Origin: an uncultured Acidobacteriota bacterium
GTDB taxonomy: Bacteria > Acidobacteriota > Vicinamibacteria > Fen-336 > JAGNNV01
Assembly: GCA_964520805.1 (NCBI GenBank)
Contig: CAZFQH010000001.1
Span: 1 to 35,079 of the forward strand
Direction of reading: 5' to 3'
DNA length: 35,079 bases
The notes beneath the pieces were generated by a model that was not told where the DNA came from, made no database searches, and saw only the letters and a list, made by a program, of their open reading frames with translations. Position 1 is the first letter of the stretch, and every line of letters starts with the position of its first letter. Below, in pieces: positions 1 through 7,411 of this stretch. The position numbers were made by a program, and so were the translations under genes.

Positions 1-2
1 GT

Positions 3-1706
3 GTGGCGCGGGTGACGACGCGCGGCGGCTCGACGCGCGTGGAGGGGACCGGTCTTGTGGTGAGCGGCGCCGACGAGGTGTTGCTGCTCATAGACGTTCT
101 TCCCGTCTACGAAGAGGACAAGACGCACCACGAGCGCACCCAGGCGCGACTCGCGGCCCTCGCCCCCTCGTACGATTCGCTGCTCGAGCGCCACGCGAAG
201 ATCCATGGCGAGCTCTTCCGCCGGGTCCGGCTCGATCTTGGCGGCGGGGCCGATCGATCGCTCTCAAGCGAGGACCTGATCGGGAAAAGCACCGATGAGG
301 CGGTTTCACCCGCGCTGATCGAAAGGACCTTCGACGCCAGCCGCTACAACATCATCTCGAGCATCGGCGAACTGCCGCCGAACCTGCAGGGAGTCTGGGC
401 GGGCACCTACGATCCGCCTTGGGCGAGTGACTACACGCAGAACGGCAACGTGCAGTCGGCGATCGCCAGCCTCCTGATGGCCCGCACCCCCGAGCTGATG
501 CTGGCCTTCACCTCCTACATCGAATCGCTGGTGCCGTGGATGGAGCTCAATGCGCAAAGGATCTTCGGAGCGCGCGGCATCGTGCTGCCATCGCGCACCA
601 GCACCAACGGCTTCAACAACGCCCTGGCCCCCCGTTTTGCCGGCGGCTTCTGGGTGGCGGGGGCGCCCTGGGCCGCGCACTTCTTCTACGACTACTACCT
701 CCACACCGGCGACCGCCGCTATCTCGTCGAACACGTGATGCCGTTCATGGAGAAGACCGCGCTCTTCTTCGAGGACTACCTGTACGAAGGGAAGGACGGT
801 CGGCTCGTCTTCTCGCCGACCCAGTCGCCCGAAAACACTCCGGGGAACACAAACTCACAGGCAACCTTCAACGCGACCATGGACGTGGCGGCGGCGAAGG
901 AGCTCCTGACCCGACTCGTGGCCCTCTCCCGCGAACTCGGACGGAACCAGGAGAAGGTCAAAGTCTGGGAGCAGATGCTCGCGAAGATGCCGCCGTACAT
1001 CTTGGGGCCCGAGGGCGGCGTCAAGGAGTGGTTGACGCCCCTCCTCGAAGACAACCACGCGCATCGCCACTCGTCGCACCTCTACCCGCTCTATGACGGA
1101 CTGCCGGACGAGATCGCGCGGGATCCGAAGCTCAAGGCGGCCTTCAAGCGGGTGATCGAGCTGAAGCTCGAACGGCACTGGACGGACTGGCAGCGGAGCG
1201 GCGGCTATATGTCGTTCGGTCTCGTCCAGCTCGGGCAGGCGGCCACCAGCCTCGGCGAGGCCGAGCTTGCCTACCGGTCGTTCGCGCCGCTCGTCAACCG
1301 ATACTGGCTGCCCAACATGGCCTCGACCCACAACTACCGAAGCCTGTTCAACATGGACGTGAGCGGCGGATTGCCGGCGGTACTGATCAGGATGCTCGTC
1401 TCCGCCGAGCCCGGCAAGGTGTCGCTTCTCCCGGCGCAACCCAAGGCCTTGCCGCAAGGAAGCATCGAGGGCCTCTTGTGCCGCGGACAGGTCGAGGTGC
1501 GCCGGCTCAACTGGAAGCCGGGTTCGGTCGAAGTGACGCTGGTCTCGTCTCGCGCGCAGCGCCTCGTTCTCGAGGCTCCCCACCCCATTCGAAGCGCGAA
1601 GCTGCGAGACGCGTCGGCGATCCTGGCAGCAGGCGACGCCCCCAACCGGCGCACGCTGACCCTTAAGGCGGGCCAGCCCGCGACGGTCGTCGTGGAGTTC
1701 CAGTGA
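3..1706 (+). CDS. GH95-family alpha-L-fucosidase, 5'-partial (open at window edge)
   Basis: ORF is open to the window edge, with stop TGA at 1704-1706. The translation shows GH95-like catalytic-region strings (NGNVQSAIASLLMA, HRHSSHLYPLYDG, FNMDVSGGLPA) and a C-terminal beta-sandwich tail. The antisense ORFs are compositional artefacts. Confidence 0.85.
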   Translation: MARVTTRGGSTRVEGTGLVVSGADEVLLLIDVLPVYEEDKTHHERTQARLAALAPSYDSLLERHAKIHGELFRRVRLDLGGGADRSLSSEDLIGKSTDEAVSPALIERTFDASRYNIISSIGELPPNLQGVWAGTYDPPWASDYTQNGNVQSAIASLLMARTPELMLAFTSYIESLVPWMELNAQRIFGARGIVLPSRTSTNGFNNALAPRFAGGFWVAGAPWAAHFFYDYYLHTGDRRYLVEHVMPFMEKTALFFEDYLYEGKDGRLVFSPTQSPENTPGNTNSQATFNATMDVAAAKELLTRLVALSRELGRNQEKVKVWEQMLAKMPPYILGPEGGVKEWLTPLLEDNHAHRHSSHLYPLYDGLPDEIARDPKLKAAFKRVIELKLERHWTDWQRSGGYMSFGLVQLGQAATSLGEAELAYRSFAPLVNRYWLPNMASTHNYRSLFNMDVSGGLPAVLIRMLVSAEPGKVSLLPAQPKALPQGSIEGLLCRGQVEVRRLNWKPGSVEVTLVSSRAQRLVLEAPHPIRSAKLRDASAILAAGDAPNRRTLTLKAGQPATVVVEFQ

Positions 1707-4021
1707 TGCGCCCGGCGCGTTCGTTCACCGCCTGTATGGCGCAGACGACGTTGGTGTTTTGCCTGGCCCTGCTAGGGTCCTCTCCGGCCAGGGCCCAGGG
1801 CGCGGTCGCGAGCACGAGCGATCCGTCGCTCGTGACCCTCGAGCGAATCTTCAAGGCGAAGGACTTCCAGCCCGAGCGCTTCGGTCCGGCGCGCTGGCTC
1901 GACGGCGGTTCCTCATACACGACCCTGGAGGCTCCGACCGGAGTGTCCTCGGCCACGGCAGACGGTGGTGGGGTTCGAGAACTGATCCGCTACGACACTC
2001 TGTCTGGCCGCCGCGAGGTGCTCGTCCCGCTCGCGCGCCTGACTCCGTCGGGTGAGACGAAGCCACTCGATATCGCGGACTACTCCTGGTCGGAAGACGG
2101 GAAGCGCCTGCTGATCTTTACGAACACGAAGCGGGTCTGGCGCATCAACAGTCGCGGTGATTACTGGGTGCTGGACCTTCCGGGCGGCGACCTGAGGAAG
2201 CTCGGGCGTGAGGCCGTGCCGTCGACCCTCATGTTCGCGAAGTTCACGCCCGACGGTCGCCGCGTCGGCTACGTGCGCGAGAACGACATCTACGTGGAGG
2301 ACATCGCCGATGGGCGCGTGGTGCGCCTCACCAGCGGCGGCAGTCCCACCCTCATCAACGGCACGTTCGATTGGGTCTACGAAGAGGAGCTCGGGCTGCG
2401 CGACGGTTTCAGGTTCAGCCCGGATGGCCGGCACCTCGCCTTCTGGCAAGTGGACTCCTCGGGCCTCAAGGACTTCACTCTGATCGACAACACCTCGGAA
2501 CTCTATCCGATCCTCACCCGCATCCAGTATCCCAAGGCCGGCGAGACCAACTCCGCGGTTCGGGTCGGGATCGTCTCGGCTGAGGGCGGCGCGCCTCGCT
2601 TTGTTGACGTGCCCGGCGACCCGCGCGAGCAGTACCTCGCGCGCATGGAATGGGCGGGCCCGGGCGAACTGATGCTGCAGCGCCTGAACCGCCTCCAGAA
2701 CACGCTCGACGTGATGCTCGCCGACGCCGCGACCGGCGCGGTGCGCACCATCCTCTCGGAGCAAGACGAGGCCTGGGTGGACGTCGAGGACGACTTCCAA
2801 TGGCTCGACGGTGGCCGCCGGTTTGTGTGGCTCAGCGAGCGCGATGGATGGCGGCGCGCCTACGCTTTCCCGCGCCAGGGCGGCGCGCCGGTGCCGCTGA
2901 CCCCTGCGGGTGTGGACGTGATCCAGCTCCTGAGCGTCGATGAGCGTGGCGGCTTCTTGTACTACATCGCGTCCCCAACCGAGCCGACACGGCGCTACCT
3001 GTTCCGCGCCAGAGTCGACGGCAAGGGCCCGGCCGAGCGCCTGACCCCCGTGGGCGAGCCCGGAACGCACGGTTACCAGATTTCTCCCGACGCGCGCTTC
3101 GCGATCCACAACGTCTCCCGTTTCGAGACGCCGCCCATAACCGACCTCGTGCGCCTGCCTGACCACACGCGGGTGCGGGTGCTTGCGGCTAACGAGCGCC
3201 TGCGCGCGAAGGTGGAGGCCTTGCGCCGTGCGCCCGTCGAGTTCTTCCGCGTCGAGATCGAGAAGGGAGTGGAACTCGACGGCTGGCGGATGAAGCCGCC
3301 CGTGATGGAGCCCGGTAGGCGCTACCCGCTCCTGATTCACGTTTACGGCGAGCCCGCGGCGCAGACCGTACTCGACCGTTGGGGCGGCAATAACTATCTG
3401 TGGCACCAGATGCTCGCTCAGCAAGGCTACGTCGTGGTGAGCGTCGACAACCGTGGCACTCCAGCGCCGCGGGGTCGCGCCTGGCGCAAATCGATCTACC
3501 GGCAGGTCGGCATCCTCGCTTCGCAGGATCAGGCCGCGGCGGTTCGCAAGATGCTGGAGTCGCCGTATCTCGACGCCGCGCGTGTGGGCTCGTGGGGGTG
3601 GAGCGGCGGCGGGCAAATGACCCTGAACGCGCTCTTCCGCCATCCGGAGCTCTACAAGACCGGAATCGCGGTCGCCTTCGTGGCCGATCAGCGCCTGTAC
3701 GACACCATCTATCAGGAACGCTATATGGCGCGTCCTCAGGACAATCCCGAGGGGTATCGGCTCGGCTCGCCGATCACGTTTGCCGACAAGCTTCAGGGCA
3801 ATCTGCTCATTGTGCACGGCACCGGAGACGACAACGTTCACTACCAGAACACGGAGAGACTGGTCAACGCCCTCGTAGCCGCCAACAAGCGCTTCACCAT
3901 GATGGCCTACCCGAACCGCGCGCACGGCATCTCGGAAGGGGAGGGCACGTCGCTCCACCTCTACGATCTGATGACGAGCTTTCTCGAGAAGAACCTACCC
4001 AAAGGCCCGCGGCCGAACTGA
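1706..4021 (+). CDS. Dipeptidyl-peptidase IV-like serine peptidase (S9B: beta-propeller + alpha/beta hydrolase)
   Basis: ATG 1706 overlaps the GH95 stop (TGATG); GTG 1703 is an alternative start. The N-terminus is signal-like. Propeller strings are present (FSPDGRHLAF, QYPKAGETN), as are S9 triad contexts: GWSGGG (Ser), GTGDDNVH (Asp), NRAHGI (His). Confidence 0.85.
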   Translation: MRPARSFTACMAQTTLVFCLALLGSSPARAQGAVASTSDPSLVTLERIFKAKDFQPERFGPARWLDGGSSYTTLEAPTGVSSATADGGGVRELIRYDTLSGRREVLVPLARLTPSGETKPLDIADYSWSEDGKRLLIFTNTKRVWRINSRGDYWVLDLPGGDLRKLGREAVPSTLMFAKFTPDGRRVGYVRENDIYVEDIADGRVVRLTSGGSPTLINGTFDWVYEEELGLRDGFRFSPDGRHLAFWQVDSSGLKDFTLIDNTSELYPILTRIQYPKAGETNSAVRVGIVSAEGGAPRFVDVPGDPREQYLARMEWAGPGELMLQRLNRLQNTLDVMLADAATGAVRTILSEQDEAWVDVEDDFQWLDGGRRFVWLSERDGWRRAYAFPRQGGAPVPLTPAGVDVIQLLSVDERGGFLYYIASPTEPTRRYLFRARVDGKGPAERLTPVGEPGTHGYQISPDARFAIHNVSRFETPPITDLVRLPDHTRVRVLAANERLRAKVEALRRAPVEFFRVEIEKGVELDGWRMKPPVMEPGRRYPLLIHVYGEPAAQTVLDRWGGNNYLWHQMLAQQGYVVVSVDNRGTPAPRGRAWRKSIYRQVGILASQDQAAAVRKMLESPYLDAARVGSWGWSGGGQMTLNALFRHPELYKTGIAVAFVADQRLYDTIYQERYMARPQDNPEGYRLGSPITFADKLQGNLLIVHGTGDDNVHYQNTERLVNALVAANKRFTMMAYPNRAHGISEGEGTSLHLYDLMTSFLEKNLPKGPRPN

Positions 4022-4031
4022 GCCGTTCTCA

Positions 4032-4068
4032 GGCGCGCCCCGCCCGAGGTTCAGCGCGCGGGCGCGCC
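4032..4068. terminator. Possible bidirectional hairpin between convergent genes
   Basis: GGCGCGCCC (4032-4040) is the reverse complement of GGGCGCGCC (4060-4068), with a 19-nt loop. The 3' arm lies inside the end of the minus-strand CDS and there is no U-tract. Confidence 0.3.
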
Positions 4069-6138
4069 GGTGATTCGGACCTCCACCTTTGTGTTCGCGG
4101 TTTTTTCGAGCCACACCAGCAGGTCGGTGCCCTGCAACGTCTGCCTTCGTCCGAGCCGCAAGCCCGGACCTTCATCCAGCCGTCGACCGTCGACCGAGAC
4201 CGCGGCGGCCCCGTCCCCGAAGCCCTCGATCACCACGAGCGCGTTGGCGAGCGGCTGGGCCTCGCTCGCCGCGATCTCGATGGCCAGATCGCCACAGCCC
4301 TGACCAGACGAGCAGCGCAGCGTGTACGCCCGCTGGCCGATGTCGTAGCCGCGGCTTTGCGCCTCGCCGCTCACCACTTTGAGCTCAGGCGCCCGGTTCC
4401 ACGAGCGGGCGAGAGGCACGAGGGATTCCGGAGCGCCGAAGGTCGCCCCGTAGAGCAGCGCCACCCATGAATATCCATTTCCCTCATCGTGCTCGGGGGG
4501 GTAGTTCTGGGAGATCGACCAGCTGGTGGTGCGGTCGGCGGCCTGAACGAAGCGGCCGTCCGAGCGCACCAGACTCTCCGGCCAGTGGTTGTAGGCCGGG
4601 AAATTCTTCACTTCGTCCCGCACCCGGCCTACGTAGACGCGCGGCTTGGTGCCCGGTTCGTAGATCACGAAGGGCCGCGCCTGCGCGCGCATGTTAACCA
4701 CCTGGATGACCGGCGTTTCCGGCTTGAGGTCGCGCACCATGCTCGGGTCGACCGCCAGGTTGCGCCGGTCGCGCGTGCTGACACTCTGGTCGTCGGGCCA
4801 GGAGTAGGTGGCGCTGCGACCGTCGAGATCCACGTAGGTGAGCGCGTCGTTGCGCAGCACGTCTTTCGCGTTCTGACCGGGATGCGCGAGGACGCTGGTC
4901 TCCTGAATCTGGAGCCACGGGAACGCCCGCGAGGCTTCGGGCCGGCGCCAGCGAACCTTGCGCACGCCCGTGCCGTCGGGCAGAAAGGTGTAGTACTCGT
5001 CCACCCACCAGGCGAAACCGCTGCGTTCGTTCGCGGTCCAGTTGTTGTCGTGCCCGCTCACCGGCGCGTAGCGCCAATGCACCACCACGCGCGCCTCGGT
5101 GCTCTCGACGATTCGGACCGACGAGTACGTCGTGTGAATGTCCTGCATGTGTTCAACGCAGCCCTCGTGGTTGCCGCTCTCCATGCTCTGATCGGCGAGC
5201 CACAGGCCGTTTTCGGTGACCCAGGCGGGCGAGTACCGCAGGCCGCGCCAGAAGACCACCCGCACCGGAGAGCCGTCGAACTGAACCACGATGTCGGCGT
5301 GGTCGGACACCGGCCAGAGCGCATCCCAGTCTTCGTAGTAGCGCAGCTTCGTGTAGTAAGCGCCGAAGCGCCCAGGGCCCGCGGGCCCCGAGGGCAGCAC
5401 GCGCTCGGGGAGGTCGGGCTTGATGGACGCCTGCGGCCGACGTGCCTCGCGCGCGAGCTCTTCAGGGTCGAGCGCTCGGTCGAAGAGGCGGACCTCGTCG
5501 AGGATCCCGTCGAGCGAAAACCACGATGGCAGGGTGCCCTCGGCCGGAGGCACTGGATGAGACGGCATGACCTTTGTCCGGTTGGCTCCGAGCACGAGGT
5601 CCTGCTCGGGAGCCGTCTTGAGCGCTCCAGGTGTTTCGAGACGCCCCGCTTCAACCCCGTTCACATACAGGCGGACACCCTCGTTCTCGCGAAAGACCGC
5701 GGCGACATGGGTGAAGCGCCGCAGCGGCAGGGCCTGGGCCGATTCGACCGAAACCCATCGCCCGCCCACCGAAAGGCGCAAGCCGAGTTCGCCCCGCGGC
5801 CCGACGCCGAAGAAGTAGCCGGCTTCGCCGTCCTCCTCCTGGGCCACGATCGGACACCAGTTCCAGGGGTAGGCGGCGAGAGCGATCCACCCGTCCACGC
5901 TGAACGTCGAAGCGATCCGTGGCGCCTCCGCGGCTTTTTGGGAGACATGCGTGGTGTAACCGTCCAGGCGCAGCGCACGGCCGGACACGCCCTCGACCAG
6001 CTTGAAGCCGCCTGCCACCGATTCGGTCGACTCAAAGCGCCAATGAGCCAGGGGCGGCCCCTCGGCAGCCAGCGATGCGCCGGGCGCGCTGGTGATCGTC
6101 AGCAACAGTGCGGTGAGACCGCGCAGGTCAAGGGTCAT
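4051..6138 (-). CDS. Secreted LamG/concanavalin-like domain protein with uncharacterised ~450-aa C-terminal beta-rich module (paralog 1)
   Basis: I chose ATG 6138 because it is preceded by GGAGGAG (revcomp of 6142-6148) and starts a signal peptide (MTLDLRGLTALLLTITSAPGASLAAEG). The longer track ORF (to 6447) would overlap the AraC gene. The protein is a full-length paralog of 17666-19801. Confidence 0.8.
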   Translation of the reverse strand: MTLDLRGLTALLLTITSAPGASLAAEGPPLAHWRFESTESVAGGFKLVEGVSGRALRLDGYTTHVSQKAAEAPRIASTFSVDGWIALAAYPWNWCPIVAQEEDGEAGYFFGVGPRGELGLRLSVGGRWVSVESAQALPLRRFTHVAAVFRENEGVRLYVNGVEAGRLETPGALKTAPEQDLVLGANRTKVMPSHPVPPAEGTLPSWFSLDGILDEVRLFDRALDPEELAREARRPQASIKPDLPERVLPSGPAGPGRFGAYYTKLRYYEDWDALWPVSDHADIVVQFDGSPVRVVFWRGLRYSPAWVTENGLWLADQSMESGNHEGCVEHMQDIHTTYSSVRIVESTEARVVVHWRYAPVSGHDNNWTANERSGFAWWVDEYYTFLPDGTGVRKVRWRRPEASRAFPWLQIQETSVLAHPGQNAKDVLRNDALTYVDLDGRSATYSWPDDQSVSTRDRRNLAVDPSMVRDLKPETPVIQVVNMRAQARPFVIYEPGTKPRVYVGRVRDEVKNFPAYNHWPESLVRSDGRFVQAADRTTSWSISQNYPPEHDEGNGYSWVALLYGATFGAPESLVPLARSWNRAPELKVVSGEAQSRGYDIGQRAYTLRCSSGQGCGDLAIEIAASEAQPLANALVVIEGFGDGAAAVSVDGRRLDEGPGLRLGRRQTLQGTDLLVWLEKTANTKVEVRITGAPAR

Positions 6139-6170
6139 GGCTCTCCTCCGTTTCCATTTTGCTTTTTGAT

Positions 6171-7088
6171 TCATTGTGTCCCGATTCTTTGCGGAAGCGA
6201 CAGGTGGGAATCGTCGAAGGTCTCGCGAAAGTTGCGGGGCGAGACGCCGAACACGTTCTTGAAGGCGCGTGAAAAATGGAACGCGTCCCGGAAGAGAAGC
6301 TCGGCCGCGACCTGCTTCACGGTGTGACCTGGATCTTCGAGCAGCTTCGCTGCCCGGTTCATCCGAAGCCGGGTCAGGAATTCGTAGGGCGTCTGGCGGT
6401 CGTAGCGTTGAAACAACCGGCAGAGATAGGCCTCGCTCACGTGACACTCGCGCGCGGTTTCACCGAGTTGGGTCAGCCGCACGTGGTGTTCCTCGATGTG
6501 CTGCCGGCAACGCAGATAGGTGGAGAACGCGGCGGTGTGATCCTCGTGGCCCGGCGAGAGCGCCGCGGCGATCCGCAACATCAGGTAGTGGAGGCGCGCG
6601 CTCGCGAGTTCGTTCGCCATGGCGCCACCCCGCGAGCCGTCGTGCACGAGGTCGTCGAACGCGCGCTGGATGTCGGCCGGACTGTCCACATGGCACCAGG
6701 CACCCTGGGCGAGCCGGCAATCGAGCAACATACGAGTCGCATCGGCGCCCACGAAGTCCACGAAATACTTGCTGGGCGGGTCATCGCGATTGGCGGCGAT
6801 TCGGTGTGGAGTTCTGGGCCCATAACAGAAGACGAGGCCGGGCCGGAGCGCAACGTCCTGCCCGGCGATCTGAAGACTGCCCCGGCCCGAGGCCACGAAC
6901 TCGAGGCCGAGGTAGGGGAAGTTCGCGCGGTCGATGAGGTAGTCGGGATGACATCGCTCGAAGCCGCCGCAAACGACGGCCAGAGACGCCTCCGCGGGGG
7001 GTGCGAGGTCAAGATAGAACGAGCGGACGTACTTCACCTGGCGCGAAAAAAACGCCGGTTGCGACCTTTCCCGCTCTCTCTGCTCCAA
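6171..7088 (-). CDS. AraC/XylS-family transcriptional regulator (cupin-like sensor + C-terminal HTH)
   Basis: TTG start at 7088, preceded by GGAAGGAG. The C-terminus carries AraC-type HTH strings (ECHVSEAYLCRLFQRY, FRDAFHFSRAFKNVFGVSP). The gene is divergent from the TBDR operon and co-directional with 4051-6138, from which it is separated by a 32-nt gap. Confidence 0.85.
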   Translation of the reverse strand: MEQRERERSQPAFFSRQVKYVRSFYLDLAPPAEASLAVVCGGFERCHPDYLIDRANFPYLGLEFVASGRGSLQIAGQDVALRPGLVFCYGPRTPHRIAANRDDPPSKYFVDFVGADATRMLLDCRLAQGAWCHVDSPADIQRAFDDLVHDGSRGGAMANELASARLHYLMLRIAAALSPGHEDHTAAFSTYLRCRQHIEEHHVRLTQLGETARECHVSEAYLCRLFQRYDRQTPYEFLTRLRMNRAAKLLEDPGHTVKQVAAELLFRDAFHFSRAFKNVFGVSPRNFRETFDDSHLSLPQRIGTQ

Positions 7089-7214
7089 TCTGGACTCCTT
7101 CCAATCTCAGGTCATGAATCGCGATGGAGTCTAGCCCAGGAGGCAAAGCCCCGGTCAAAATGCTTGCTTTAAGGCCCATTCAGAGAACCGACGGGATTAG
7201 CCAGGGTTCGGTGA

Positions 7215-7244
7215 GGTCAATAAAAGACATGCAATGGTCAATAA
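7215..7244 (+). promoter_or_regulatory. Direct repeats GGTCAATAA x2 with 21-bp register; candidate AraC-type activator site
   Basis: GGTCAATAA occurs at 7215-7223 and again at 7236-7244. The site lies in a low-GC island between the divergent AraC gene and the TBDR. The whole ~45-bp block is almost identical at 24251-24295. Confidence 0.45.
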
Positions 7245-7296
7245 TCACTATTTCATTTCGGTAACGGTCCCACGATCTTTTTGTTACATTCAGAAC

Positions 7297-7304
7297 TGTA
7301 TACA
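7297..7304. promoter_or_regulatory. TGTATACA palindrome; candidate GntR/FadR-type operator
   Basis: This 8-bp perfect palindrome lies ~110 nt upstream of the TBDR ATG. Related sites are TTGTATACAA at 24331-24340 and TTGTATAC at 20544-20551. Confidence 0.4.
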
Positions 7305-7347
7305 AGCCTTGGTGCGGCGCGAACGCCCCTGGGGCGACGGTTCGGCG

Positions 7348-7372
7348 GTTGTCTGAGGGAGACAACTTTTTT
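7348..7372 (+). terminator. Leader hairpin + T6 (terminator/attenuator-like) in the TBDR 5' leader
   Basis: GTTGTCT (7348-7354) pairs with AGACAAC (7360-7366) around a 5-nt loop and is followed directly by TTTTTT (7367-7372), 40 nt before the ATG. A weaker equivalent (4-bp stem + T7) is at 24383-24408. Confidence 0.35.
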
Positions 7373-7411
7373 CGACGGACGATCAAGTCCAACCAGACGG
7401 AGGGTACTTAT

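Noticed and set aside
1913-3958. 681-aa minus-strand ORF antisense to the DPP-IV gene. Similar long antisense or shadow ORFs occur at 855-1583, 4489-6327, 8762-9484, 10429-11292, 12443-13705, 16794-17951, 18398-19135, 22166-22852, 24486-25262, 25949-27100, 27182-28432 and 29969-31588.
   Set aside because: These are typical high-GC shadow ORFs. They are Arg/Ala/Gly/Pro-rich with no recognisable motifs, and each fully overlaps a strand with clear family signatures.
6139-6447. N-terminal 103-codon extension of the track ORF 4051-6447.
   Set aside because: It would overlap the 3' end of the AraC gene in another frame, and its sequence is Arg/Ser-rich. The ATG at 6138 has a GGAGGAG SD and begins a proper signal peptide.
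7180-7392. Small minus-strand ORFs in the conserved TBDR upstream regions (7180-7392 and 24296-24502).
   Set aside because: The DNA is conserved only in short motif islands and the two predicted peptides are unrelated. The conservation is therefore regulatory, not coding.
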